IMG/VR virus record: IMGVR_UViG_3300005841_000939
Reading direction: 5' to 3' (one strand)
Origin: a virus
Taxonomy: Duplodnaviria > Caudoviricetes
Length of the DNA stretch: 64,000 nt
Every line of letters starts with the position of its first letter. Position 1 is the stretch's first letter. The position numbers were made by a program, and so were the translations under genes. The notes below the pieces were generated by a model. It saw only the letters and a program-made list of their open reading frames with translations. It had not been told where the DNA came from and searched no databases. Of the stretch, positions 18,799 through 28,608 are shown piece after piece.

Positions 18799-18821
18799 AA
18801 TCTTTTATTTTCTTCTTTTTA

Positions 18822-19520
18822 TTAAACGGTTAATGATTCAACTTCACATAGCCAATCTATAGTCTTTCCGTTTTCTCCGGTGACAAAAATATTGATTGCT
18901 TTATTTGTGTTGTCGGCCGCCGCTGTTACATCCCACGGCACTGAATCTTCGGCAACAACAGTTCTCAACAAAGAGCCTACTAGAGTTACAACTCCAGCAA
19001 CATTTTTTATAACACATTGAAGTGTGTAACCAGCACTCTCAGAACCCGAATCAGTTCTACGAGCAACAAGTTTTATGGAAAACATCTTAGTAGTATTTAT
19101 GACTATCCCGAGCCGATTATTCAACTCTCCGTTAATATAAATTTCTGTTATTGCATTAGTTGTGGTAGTCCCAAGTAAATATGTTTTTGTGCTTTGAATT
19201 CTATCTAAAGCAGCACTTACAGTAGTTGGAATAGGTGTTTGCCAATTAGATGAAACTGCCGGAGTGTAAATAAAATCTGGTGCATTTAAACTTCCAGAAA
19301 TGTTTACTGAATTTACAAACGTCTTAATTCCAGAAATATTTTCATTTCCAGTTTTATGAACAAAATTTGCATCAACATTTGCAGATGTAGCAAAAGAAGA
19401 AATTTGTACAGATGAAACTTGAACAATACCATTCGGATCAACCGAAAGAAGATTATTTTCATCATACCCTTTTAGGGAACCAATTAATAGACCGTTCTTG
19501 GTCTTGAACTCATTTGACAT
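18822..19520 (-). CDS. Tail-fibre-like protein, paralogous to the C-terminus of 17020..18798
   Basis: Shares FVHKTGNENISGIKTF, TTTTNAxTE, RRTDSGSESAGY and W-D segments with the neighbour. Confidence 0.6.
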   Translation of the reverse strand: MSNEFKTKNGLLIGSLKGYDENNLLSVDPNGIVQVSSVQISSFATSANVDANFVHKTGNENISGIKTFVNSVNISGSLNAPDFIYTPAVSSNWQTPIPTTVSAALDRIQSTKTYLLGTTTTNAITEIYINGELNNRLGIVINTTKMFSIKLVARRTDSGSESAGYTLQCVIKNVAGVVTLVGSLLRTVVAEDSVPWDVTAAADNTNKAINIFVTGENGKTIDWLCEVESLTV

Positions 19521-19563
19521 TTTCTTCTTTCACTTTCCAGAAGTTAAATGTCTATTAGAAACG

Positions 19564-21525
19564 TTAGAGAACCGTTCTAATAGACTTGACTACCCATCCA
19601 TTACTTGTTGCTGTTGCTTGCAAACGAATTAATCCATTTGAACCAACGTTATTATCTACAATCAATACTAAACCAGATGTATCACCAATATCCAAAGTTG
19701 AAACTTCTGTATATTCTACAGATGAACCAACCCAACATCCAATAACTTGTGATGTGCGTACATTTAAACCATTTCTTACAGAAACTGTCCACATTGCACC
19801 ATTGCCAATTGTATTATCAAACGCATCAATCAATTCAGTGCCAATATCTACTTGAGTATTTTCACCATATTTGATTGTTGCATTATCAACTTTAAGTTCA
19901 CCACCAACAATTTCAAGATTTGCACCAGTAATGTGCAAAGTTCCTGTCATTGTGTCGCCGGTGATATTTACAAAACGACTATCAAGATATGCACCAGCAT
20001 TATCAGGAGTCAAAATTGGTTGATCATCACCTTCAATCCCAATTGTCCATTGATCAGTTGTTTCATTCCAACGAATTTCAGCCTTTGGTTGATTTCCGCG
20101 TGAAACATTAATACCAGCATCAAGTACTGGTGCACCTGCAGTTACGTTTGAGTTTAATGTAATGAAGTTATCTTTAACGAGAACTTCAGATGTATTCAAG
20201 AATGTTGCAGAACCCGCAACAGTTAATGAACCAAGAATTACAACATTATCAATGAATGTCTTTTCGCCAGAAATTGTTTCAGTTCCGACCAAATGAACAA
20301 ATAAGGAATCAGATGTTGGCTTATCATAATAATTTGTTGCCAAATCAGTAACAACATCAGAAATTTGTGTTTGCAATTGTCCAGTCAAACTGGCAGTTTG
20401 TGCAAGTGTTGTGTAATTTGCAGTAATTGATTGAATTTGTGTTGATTGCAACGCATTAGTTGCTGTAATATCTGCAATTACTGATGATATTGGAAGATTG
20501 TTAAGTTGACCTTGCAAATATGCACTAATTGAAGCAGTAGTTGCGAGAGGAGTATATGTTGCAGAAATATCTTGAATAGCAGCAGATTGCAAACCATTGA
20601 CAATTTCCAAATCAAGAACTTGACCAGAAAGATCAGCAATTGCTAATGATTGAAGTCCGTTAACAACTTCTACATCAGTAACACGATTTTCAACACTTGT
20701 CAAACGACCAGTAATTGAATTTACTTGTGTTTGTAAAACATCATTTGAAGCTGAAAGGGATTGAATAGCAGCAGATTGTAAACCATTTACTGTTTCAACA
20801 TCTGTAATACGAATATCAAATGCGGAATCAGCAGCAGACAATGATTGTATTGCTGTTGATTGAAGTCCATTAACAACTTCTACATCGGTTACACGAACTT
20901 CAAGAGCACTTTCAGAAGCTGATAAAGATTGGATGGCAGTTGATTGTAAACCATTAACTATCTCAACATCTAACAGACGACCAGTAATTGCATCAACTTG
21001 TGATTGTATTGCACTATCGTCACCTGAAATTGCTTGAATTGCAGCAGATTGTAATGCATTGACAATTTCAACATCTGTAACACGATCTTCAAGGCTTGAT
21101 ATTCTGCCATCAAATACGACATCAGCAGCAGACAATGATTGTATTGCAGTTGATTGGAGAGAATTAACTACTTCAATATCAGCAATATGAGCAGTGATAT
21201 TAGCAATAGTTGAACTAACTGGAAGAGAATCCAATTGTGATTGCAAATATGCACTAATTGCGGCAGTAGTTGTAAGAGGAGTGTATGTCGCAGTAATACC
21301 AGCAATTTGCACTGATTGCAAAGTATTAATTGCACCTTCTTCATCTATTTGAGATTGGAACGCAGCAGTAATAGGAGCAAGTTGAGCAGGAGTAATGAAA
21401 CTTCCACTTGTGAACCCGGATGTAACAATTAATCCGTTTGAATCAACTGTTAAGAAGATATTTTCATTACCTTCTAAACTATTAATTTGAATAGATCCTT
21501 GACGAATTACATAATCATGTGACAT
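19564..21525 (-). CDS. Long coiled-coil tail-fibre/whisker-like protein
   Basis: Many RVxDVExVNxLQSxAIQxLS repeats; FVHLVGTETISGEKTF; VKDNFITLNS module. Confidence 0.65.
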   Translation of the reverse strand: MSHDYVIRQGSIQINSLEGNENIFLTVDSNGLIVTSGFTSGSFITPAQLAPITAAFQSQIDEEGAINTLQSVQIAGITATYTPLTTTAAISAYLQSQLDSLPVSSTIANITAHIADIEVVNSLQSTAIQSLSAADVVFDGRISSLEDRVTDVEIVNALQSAAIQAISGDDSAIQSQVDAITGRLLDVEIVNGLQSTAIQSLSASESALEVRVTDVEVVNGLQSTAIQSLSAADSAFDIRITDVETVNGLQSAAIQSLSASNDVLQTQVNSITGRLTSVENRVTDVEVVNGLQSLAIADLSGQVLDLEIVNGLQSAAIQDISATYTPLATTASISAYLQGQLNNLPISSVIADITATNALQSTQIQSITANYTTLAQTASLTGQLQTQISDVVTDLATNYYDKPTSDSLFVHLVGTETISGEKTFIDNVVILGSLTVAGSATFLNTSEVLVKDNFITLNSNVTAGAPVLDAGINVSRGNQPKAEIRWNETTDQWTIGIEGDDQPILTPDNAGAYLDSRFVNITGDTMTGTLHITGANLEIVGGELKVDNATIKYGENTQVDIGTELIDAFDNTIGNGAMWTVSVRNGLNVRTSQVIGCWVGSSVEYTEVSTLDIGDTSGLVLIVDNNVGSNGLIRLQATATSNGWVVKSIRTVL

Positions 21526-21570
21526 AATGTTTGTTCTCTCTTATTAGTGCTTTTGATATTTATCGCTTTT

Positions 21571-22533
21571 TTACAGTAATTTGCGACTTACTTTTATATT
21601 CCATATGCCAGAAATCACTGAAGCTCTTAATGCAATATCAGCATTTGAGTTTCTATATGATACTGCTAAACTTACACCTTCAGTTACACCAATACTTTCA
21701 GTTGAGGTTTCTACTAATTTTATTTCTAATGTTGAATTTTTCCAAATGGCAAATAATCTTGAAGCTCTCAAATTATCGCCAGCATCATCAGAAATTAAAA
21801 TATCCCAAAATACTGCTGTACCTTTAGTTGCAGAAAAAATGTCTAAAGTTGTATTTGTTGAAATATTGTTTGATTCTAATGTTGCGACATATGCGCCATT
21901 GATATTTACTTCACCATTGAATGTTGTATCATCAACGAAAGTTTTATTTCCACTGATTGATTCAGTTCCGGTTAAATGAACAAACTGATTTCCATCAGGT
22001 AAACCATCTTGAAGTGTTTCACCAATATACACATAACATGTAATTTTTGGAATTCCCCATCCAAGATCGGCAGGCGTATAACCAACTTCAAAGTGAACTA
22101 TACCTTGAAATGGATCAATGAACCAAACTCCATTACTTGGTGAAATAAAAGTGTTGTCACCTTTATAAAGTTTTGGTAAAAAACCATTTGATGGATTATT
22201 TGTTCCAACTTCTGGAATCAATGACGGTTGAAGTATTGGTTTTTGCCATGTTGTATCATTGATATACCATGATTGACCATTACTGCCAATAATTTCAGTT
22301 AAAGAAAATTGTGTATATTTTTTGACAATCGTTGGATTGGCAAACGCATAATTATCAGCATCTGTTTGTGTTGCACAATATGGAATTGTTGAAAGTAATA
22401 CATCTTTTGGAAAAACTACGTGTCCAGAAGAATAAGAACTATTAAAGGTGTATTGATTCTCTTCTGTTAAAGTTCTGCCAACAGAGTGAAAAAAACCATA
22501 ATTAGTTTTTAGATGATCTGTAGGCTGTGTCAT
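21571..22533 (-). CDS. Tail/baseplate-associated structural protein
   Basis: FVHLTGTESISGNKTF; the C-terminus is paralogous to that of 19564..21525. Confidence 0.55.
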   Translation of the reverse strand: MTQPTDHLKTNYGFFHSVGRTLTEENQYTFNSSYSSGHVVFPKDVLLSTIPYCATQTDADNYAFANPTIVKKYTQFSLTEIIGSNGQSWYINDTTWQKPILQPSLIPEVGTNNPSNGFLPKLYKGDNTFISPSNGVWFIDPFQGIVHFEVGYTPADLGWGIPKITCYVYIGETLQDGLPDGNQFVHLTGTESISGNKTFVDDTTFNGEVNINGAYVATLESNNISTNTTLDIFSATKGTAVFWDILISDDAGDNLRASRLFAIWKNSTLEIKLVETSTESIGVTEGVSLAVSYRNSNADIALRASVISGIWNIKVSRKLL

Positions 22534-23159
22534 CCTTTAAATACGCCTTTCCAGATTTTCTTATACCATGGTTCTTTATTTTTAATTATTTGTGTCTTAG
22601 CACTTTTTGAAGAATGTTCTTCTACAACTTTTGGATTTTCAATTTTATTATTGATTGCTGGAACTATTTTAGTTTTTCTTTGTCCAAAAGGAATATCTTC
22701 TTCGTCATCAATTACAATAACTTCATTATCATCACCAAATTCAATATTACATTTATGTAATATGTAAGAGACTTCATCATCAGTTGAATTATTTAAAAAA
22801 TTAATTACATCATTTTTATCAACAAATCTAGGTGTTAATCCATTATTTACGGTATAGTCAATATTCTTTTCTATAATTTTTACCTTTGGAACTTCAATGA
22901 CTATTGTTTTTTCTACAATTTTTACTTTTTCTTGTACAACTTCTTTTTCAATAATTTTTGGAATATATTTGATGATAACTTCATCTTCATCAACGTTACC
23001 TTCAATAGGTTCACCAAGAACATCACGCAATTCATTCATAAATTGACGAGCATCTTTATTGTTTATGACAACACCAACACTGTTATGATCGGTAACGTTT
23101 ACAATAACGCGATACCAACCATTACGACCATTCTTTTGTATTTGTATTTTTTCTGTCAT
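22530..23159 (-). CDS. Hypothetical protein with EKIV/EVPK-type low-complexity repeats
   Basis: PKIIEKEVVQEKVKIVEKTIVIEVPKVKIIEK. Confidence 0.5.
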   Translation of the reverse strand: MTEKIQIQKNGRNGWYRVIVNVTDHNSVGVVINNKDARQFMNELRDVLGEPIEGNVDEDEVIIKYIPKIIEKEVVQEKVKIVEKTIVIEVPKVKIIEKNIDYTVNNGLTPRFVDKNDVINFLNNSTDDEVSYILHKCNIEFGDDNEVIVIDDEEDIPFGQRKTKIVPAINNKIENPKVVEEHSSKSAKTQIIKNKEPWYKKIWKGVFKG

Positions 23160-23169
23160 GCGTTATCCT

Positions 23170-24837
23170 TTATGTCCAGTTACCAAACTCAATGTAATCA
23201 AGCAAAACACTTGAGGTGCTTGGCATACTTATTCTGAAATATATCCCCCATCCATCAGGCCCTGTCATTGCAGTAGTTGTTCCTAAAGGACCACTTCCCA
23301 ATGTAAATTCTATTGCAGGACTGCTATTGTTTAAATTAACACTATCTGAATTTATTCTACATCCACTACCGTCTGGCAATTGTCCTAATGTACCATCCCA
23401 ATCTTGTGAACAATCAAGCCAATTTATATTATCTAAACTTATTTCTATTGTCATTTCACCCGATGAAAATTGTGCTTCTGATAATCCATTCAAATATATT
23501 ATCCCATTTGAATGTGAAACGCCAGAATGTCTAAATCCACGATAAAACCATTGTGTTGCAGCACCAGTTGTATAGTTAGCTGAATTTGTTGGTTGATAAG
23601 TTGACCAATTTCCATATCGTGTAGATAATACATCGTTATTAACAAATAAATCAGTATTTGTTAATGCGGTTGAAGAATTCCATGCATTCCATGATGAATC
23701 AGTTCTTTGATTTTCATCACGAAAATCTTCAAGAATGTCACTTGAATTTGCTGTAAAAGTATCAATCAAATAATTTACACCAGATGAGCTTATTTCAGGA
23801 ATTATTGCTGACCAATCATAAGCTTGCGCTTTAATTTTTTGTGATGATGAAATAGAACGATATGATGGACGATTAATTGGTTTTATAGAAGCGTAGGTAG
23901 CATTGACATTATCCCATGCAGCAGTCCAATTTGATAATGCACTAACTGAAAGTGTATATGTATTTAAACCTACGTTTTTTCCATCAATTGTTATCACATT
24001 ATCAGGCCATGTTTCATTATTAATATTATCAATATCAGTAATACCAATCGTAAACGTATCACCCAAATCATAATAACGAACACCACTCAAATATTTTGAT
24101 GAATTGATGGTATTTTGTGATAGTGACAAACCTGAAATTGTTGGTGGAGTTAGATTAGCATCATAAAAGAATGGGCCATCAGTAAATGTACTTGTAGTTG
24201 TTCCATCTTGACCAGTGTAAATAGAAACTCTTCCACCATTTGGGATAATTGCAGAAATATCAATTTGAACAAAAACTCTAGCTTTAAAGCGATCATAATC
24301 ACCTTGCCAATTTGATACAACAATTCTGATGTTGTTTATTGTTGTATCACTGTTTCCTGTAACAGGAGAAAGTGAACGTTGTTTGATTATAGAAAATCCA
24401 TCGGCATCAAGAACTTTAACACGGAATGTTTCCATGTTAGTATTGAAACTAATCAGCCCAGGAGAATTATAATTAAGTAAAGTTGTATTAAACGCACCAT
24501 GAACAGTACTTGCTGTCCAATCACCAATTTTAAATGGTGTACCTTCTGTTGATGGTGCTGAAATATTTCTTGGAGTTGTTGGAAATGCTGAAATTGCATT
24601 TGTTCCCATGTTCCAATAAGGTACATACTGGACATCAGGAATATATATTTTTGCAATTGTCCCACTGAGACTAACAACTGTATTTGAAATAAAATCAATA
24701 CCAGTAGCTACAGAGGTAACTAAGCTACCATCGTCATAAATGATAATGGTATTATTTCCACTGCCGCCACCTGTTATTGGACCTGAACCACCACTAGAGC
24801 CGCGACCATCCGAATATATACCTGGGAATACTGGCAC
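23170..24837 (-). CDS. Structural (tail/baseplate) protein, first gene of the late fibre operon
   Basis: GTG start with AAGGA RBS and a TATAAATA box 20 nt upstream; Gly-rich N-terminus; Ser/Thr/Asn-rich beta composition. Confidence 0.55.
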   Translation of the reverse strand: MPVFPGIYSDGRGSSGGSGPITGGGSGNNTIIIYDDGSLVTSVATGIDFISNTVVSLSGTIAKIYIPDVQYVPYWNMGTNAISAFPTTPRNISAPSTEGTPFKIGDWTASTVHGAFNTTLLNYNSPGLISFNTNMETFRVKVLDADGFSIIKQRSLSPVTGNSDTTINNIRIVVSNWQGDYDRFKARVFVQIDISAIIPNGGRVSIYTGQDGTTTSTFTDGPFFYDANLTPPTISGLSLSQNTINSSKYLSGVRYYDLGDTFTIGITDIDNINNETWPDNVITIDGKNVGLNTYTLSVSALSNWTAAWDNVNATYASIKPINRPSYRSISSSQKIKAQAYDWSAIIPEISSSGVNYLIDTFTANSSDILEDFRDENQRTDSSWNAWNSSTALTNTDLFVNNDVLSTRYGNWSTYQPTNSANYTTGAATQWFYRGFRHSGVSHSNGIIYLNGLSEAQFSSGEMTIEISLDNINWLDCSQDWDGTLGQLPDGSGCRINSDSVNLNNSSPAIEFTLGSGPLGTTTAMTGPDGWGIYFRISMPSTSSVLLDYIEFGNWT

Positions 24838-24856
24838 GAAGTTTTCCTTCGTTCAG

Positions 24857-24864
24857 TATTTATA
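24857..24864 (-). promoter_or_regulatory. T4-late-type promoter TATAAATA (context AAAAATCTATAAATA)
   Basis: Exact match heading the structural gene block. Confidence 0.65.
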
Positions 24865-24876
24865 GATTTTTACAGC

Positions 24877-25104
24877 TTAGGCTGGGGATTTATACAACAC
24901 TCTAATCTCATCATTTTCTGTAAATAGTCCAGTTGCATACATTAAATGTGAAAATTGTTGTTTATCTGATCCAGGTTTTAAATAAATGATTACTACCGCA
25001 TCAGTTTCATCCCAATCGGTACCAACAAAAAGATTTTTAACTAAATCCGAAAAATAAAGTAATGCTTTATCTATACGTTTTAAAATGTCATCTTTGTTAG
25101 CCAT
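24877..25104 (-). CDS. Hypothetical protein
   Basis: 75-aa ORF. Confidence 0.5.
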   Translation of the reverse strand: MANKDDILKRIDKALLYFSDLVKNLFVGTDWDETDAVVIIYLKPGSDKQQFSHLMYATGLFTENDEIRVLYKSPA

Positions 25105-25139
25105 AATAATCTCGGAATAAATAGGTTAGATACCTCTAT

Positions 25140-25727
25140 TTATTTGACTAATGGCTCTTTTATTTTATAACCTAGATGTTTTTCTATTTCAATAATCACT
25201 GCATCAATAGATTCTCTGTTTTTTGTTGCAGTAATATAGGGCAATTGTTCTTTATCTAAGAATGTTTGAATGTTATTATCAATCTGTTTTGATTGCTCAA
25301 GAGTTTGTGTTCTACCAGCTTGTTGATATTTTCCATGCATTCTCTCAATCAAAATATTGAGATTATTTTTACGCTTGTATGTTTCTAGAACTAAGGTTTT
25401 AAATGCATCATCAATTGCTTGAGCAATTGGCTTGTAATAAAACAAACCAATTAAGATTGGACTATCGGTAATAATGATGTCAACTTTACCTTCCAAACGA
25501 TCCTGGCGATATAATTGATTGGCGGTTGTATAAAATTGATTATTTAAGGCACACCAATTCTCTTCCCATGTAAAATCTTTAGCTACCTCAGTAACTAATT
25601 CACAATTTACACCTAAAGTCTTCAATTTATGAAATAATCCTGCCGAAAAAGTAGACTTTCCAGCATTTGGACCTCCATAACAGTTAATAATCAATGGTGT
25701 TTTAGCAATAATAGGTTTGTCTGTCAT
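25140..25727 (-). CDS. P-loop kinase, NadR/AAA_28-like
   Basis: INCYGGPNAGKST Walker A, ELVTEVAK and IITDSPIL motifs of the phage NadR-type nucleotide kinase family. Confidence 0.7.
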   Translation of the reverse strand: MTDKPIIAKTPLIINCYGGPNAGKSTFSAGLFHKLKTLGVNCELVTEVAKDFTWEENWCALNNQFYTTANQLYRQDRLEGKVDIIITDSPILIGLFYYKPIAQAIDDAFKTLVLETYKRKNNLNILIERMHGKYQQAGRTQTLEQSKQIDNNIQTFLDKEQLPYITATKNRESIDAVIIEIEKHLGYKIKEPLVK

Positions 25728-25805
25728 AGCTTTTATTATAAACCATAAAAACGCAGATTAAAAGAGAAACTCCTCTATTGCTTTTACAAGATTATCCCCA
25801 AAATC

Positions 25806-25813
25806 TATAAATA
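25806..25813 (+). promoter_or_regulatory. T4-late-type promoter TATAAATA (context AAAATCTATAAATA)
   Basis: Exact match at the start of the plus-strand block. Confidence 0.65.
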
Positions 25814-25832
25814 CGAATATATAGCTACCACT

Positions 25833-25937
25833 ATGAAACAGCTTACCATTAACTACGACAAGCCATGGAAAAAGAATAGGGAAGAACTTGTTAAAAAAGT
25901 TCTCAATCCTAAAATAAAGAAAGATAATAAAAAGTGA
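25833..25937 (+). CDS. Small basic hypothetical protein (34 aa)
   Basis: MKQLTINYDKPWKKNREELVKKVLNPKIKKDNKK; lies 19 nt after the late box; GTGA overlap with the next gene. Confidence 0.4.
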   Translation: MKQLTINYDKPWKKNREELVKKVLNPKIKKDNKK

Positions 25938-26239
25938 ACATCCTATTTTTCAATATGAAAGGCTGTCAATGGTGCAAACGTCAAGAATCAGTTCTTCAAC
26001 GTTTTCCTCCATCTGCTATTACAGTAATCCCTATTGAAAGAAAAGATATTTCACCACGTTGGAAGATTTCTAGATTTCCTACTCTAGTATTTACAGATGA
26101 TTCTGTTGTACATCCAAAAGAGTTGGCTAGACTTGTTGGCTTCCAAGATGAGCAACAAATACGTCAAACTCTTAACAAACTTGCCATGAGACAAAAGATT
26201 ATGGAATCATGGAAGCGAATTAAGAATTTAGGCGATTAA
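25934..26239 (+). CDS. Thioredoxin/glutaredoxin-like protein
   Basis: CQWC active site and the cis-Pro motif FPTLVF. Confidence 0.75.
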   Translation: MNILFFNMKGCQWCKRQESVLQRFPPSAITVIPIERKDISPRWKISRFPTLVFTDDSVVHPKELARLVGFQDEQQIRQTLNKLAMRQKIMESWKRIKNLGD

Positions 26240-26241
26240 TC

Positions 26242-26269
26242 TTGCAAATCGGTTAGACTAATATATAAT
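26242..26269 (+). promoter_or_regulatory. Sigma70-like promoter
   Basis: TTGCAA-16 nt-TATAAT upstream of the QueD-like gene. Confidence 0.45.
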
Positions 26270-27198
26270 TGTACAAAAGGTATCTTATGAAAGATGTTTT
26301 CTCACTATTCATCGAGGATTTAACTATTCTCGATTGCGCAATCTGGCACCCTGCAAGAGGAGCGATTGGTTATTCCTGGACGGTTGGCATAGAATTTATT
26401 GGTGCCACAACTGGTGAAGGCGTTGTCTTTGATTTTTCGTTAGCTAAGAAATTTGCTAAGAAAGTCATTGATGAAACTGCTGATCACGGTTTTATTGTTC
26501 CAAAAAAATATACACATAAAATGAGTGATACTCATTTGATTTTTGCAAAAGATGATTTCACTTATAGTGCCCCTGAACATGCTTTTTACGTTTTGGATAC
26601 AGTATCAACAGAATCAATCGCAACACATCTTCAAGAAAAAATATTGAAAAAATGTCAAGAAGAAAAAGATTGTGGATCACTTGATTCTGTTGTAATTTAT
26701 TTGAAATCTGAACATGATCTTAATCAAAAATATTTTAATTATATTCATGGATTAAAGCAGCACTATGGTAATTGCCAACGTTTGATTCATGGTCATAGAT
26801 CAACACTTAAAGTGTGGATTAATGAATCAAGACATTCAGGATACGAAAGTCATCTTATTGAATTATTTCATGATAAACAATTAGCCATACATGAAAATGC
26901 AACGTTTAATGAATCAGGTACAGAATGCGAATTGAAATATACCAGTAAACAAGGTGAATTCAGAGCAACAATTGATCCTAGAAAAGTATTGATTATGCCT
27001 TATGAGACTACTATTGAAAATATTAGTAAATTCGCAGCAACTACCTTAAAGAATGATTTTAAAGAATTGAAAAATTCGGTCGTTACTGTTGCAGTATATG
27101 AAGGTATAGGCAAGGGTAGTAAGTTCACTCTTGACCAGACATATCAAACAGCAAAATTAGAACAGAAATTAATGGAAGAAACATGCCACACATTCTAG
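26269..27198 (+). CDS. 6-carboxytetrahydropterin synthase-like protein (double T-fold QueD-like; start probably the ATG at 26287)
   Basis: LFIEDLTILD, DF..AKK...DHG, HGLKQHYGNCQRLIHGH, TTIENIS and YEGIGKG motifs of the long QueD-like family. Confidence 0.75.
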   Translation: MYKRYLMKDVFSLFIEDLTILDCAIWHPARGAIGYSWTVGIEFIGATTGEGVVFDFSLAKKFAKKVIDETADHGFIVPKKYTHKMSDTHLIFAKDDFTYSAPEHAFYVLDTVSTESIATHLQEKILKKCQEEKDCGSLDSVVIYLKSEHDLNQKYFNYIHGLKQHYGNCQRLIHGHRSTLKVWINESRHSGYESHLIELFHDKQLAIHENATFNESGTECELKYTSKQGEFRATIDPRKVLIMPYETTIENISKFAATTLKNDFKELKNSVVTVAVYEGIGKGSKFTLDQTYQTAKLEQKLMEETCHTF

Positions 27199-27374
27199 AA
27201 ACCATCCAGGCTGAATGCGAGACTATCAAAAAAAGACTCAAGGTTAATTATGGTCCTGCCCTTGGTAAGCAATTGATTGCCGGTGCTGAAGAATCGGTTG
27301 ATTATTCATATCAAGCCGAAAGAAATGTTGAATGGTGGGTAAAATATCGTTCAGCATTAGAGGAAAGATTATAA
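27183..27374 (+). CDS. Hypothetical protein
   Basis: 63-aa ORF coupled to the next gene by a TAATG overlap. Confidence 0.5.
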   Translation: MPHILETIQAECETIKKRLKVNYGPALGKQLIAGAEESVDYSYQAERNVEWWVKYRSALEERL

Positions 27375-27865
27375 TGGGAATGACGACATTTGCTAAATTC
27401 ATGGAAAATAAAAATACACCAGTAAAGTATATTTTCCTTGACCTAGATGGTACCTTGCGTGAACATGGTACAGAAGGAATGGCACCTCATACAATTGAAG
27501 CAATAAAAGTTTTTCCTTGGGTTCAAGCACGAATTGCAGAAGCTATTAGAAATGGTTTCAAACCTGTCGGAGCAACCAATCAAGCGCGATCCTGTGAGTT
27601 GTTTGGAAGCAAAGTTGTTGAGCAATGTATTGCTGAAACTCTTCGTCAAATTGGAATTGATTTTCCAGTAATTTATGCCGAGACAAGAGAGCAATGTAAA
27701 CCTAATACATATATGCTTGATCGTGCAGAAGAGTTATTCGGTCCAGCAGATAAGGATCATAGCATCTTTGTTGGTGATGACTTACAAAAAGATAAAGTGG
27801 CAGCCGAAAAGTTTGGAATTAAATGGATTTCACCTGAACAATTTAGAGATTCAGGCACTAAGTGA
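27374..27865 (+). CDS. HAD-superfamily phosphatase (GmhB/polynucleotide 3'-phosphatase-like, subclass IIIA)
   Basis: FLDLDGTLR, TNQ, KP and FVGDD motifs. The start is placed at the TAATG overlap. Confidence 0.8.
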   Translation: MGMTTFAKFMENKNTPVKYIFLDLDGTLREHGTEGMAPHTIEAIKVFPWVQARIAEAIRNGFKPVGATNQARSCELFGSKVVEQCIAETLRQIGIDFPVIYAETREQCKPNTYMLDRAEELFGPADKDHSIFVGDDLQKDKVAAEKFGIKWISPEQFRDSGTK

Positions 27866-27874
27866 TATAATTAC

Positions 27875-28549
27875 TTGGTTATGAAACCAAGAACCTTGGC
27901 ACGTTTGGCACTTCAAAAAATTGAAGACGGAACATTTATTTTTGACTCGGAGGAGAGAAAAAAAGAATCAATCCGCCAAATGAAAAGAATAATTGCTGGA
28001 AGACCTAGTTTCAAAAACGATGGTGATGATCCAATTATTGAAATTCATATCTCAGTATATACTCCAAATTTTGATTATCCTGTAGTACCAATCAAAGAGA
28101 ATGAACCTTTTGTATGGAAAGAAGATAGTTTATATATTGTTCCTGGTTTTGGTACACATACAGTCAGAGCTATGAGTTTAAATGGTAATTTCTATAATCT
28201 ACAATTTTGTGATTCATTGGCTCCATTTAGATCATCAATTATCAAAGTAGACAAATATACTGATCCTATTAGAGCAGCCCACGCACTTGTTTGCACTGCA
28301 TCTAAAATAATCAATAAGAAAGAATATCGTAAAAATGCTGTAATGGATTCTCAGTTATGTCTTTCTGATGAATTATTGTTGACGCATTGGGATTCTATAC
28401 CAAATAAGAAAGAATTTGAAGATAAACAGAAGCATTTGTATGTTAAATGGCTTCAAAAGTGGATTTCTTTCTATCATAAGAGCCCTGAAACACATATGAA
28501 AGTGCTCAAAGTAACAAAAGATACAAAAGAAAATATAAATACCCACTGA
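27875..28549 (+). CDS. Hypothetical protein
   Basis: 224-aa ORF; no motif recognised. Confidence 0.55.
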   Translation: MVMKPRTLARLALQKIEDGTFIFDSEERKKESIRQMKRIIAGRPSFKNDGDDPIIEIHISVYTPNFDYPVVPIKENEPFVWKEDSLYIVPGFGTHTVRAMSLNGNFYNLQFCDSLAPFRSSIIKVDKYTDPIRAAHALVCTASKIINKKEYRKNAVMDSQLCLSDELLLTHWDSIPNKKEFEDKQKHLYVKWLQKWISFYHKSPETHMKVLKVTKDTKENINTH

Positions 28550-28608
28550 ATCATACAGATTCGTTGGTAGGATCCACCAACTGAACATCTTTCCTTAAGG
28601 AGAAACAA

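Noticed and set aside
16000-24837. Diversity-generating retroelement acting on the fibre genes
   Set aside because: There is no reverse transcriptase and no template/variable repeat pair differing only at adenines in the window.
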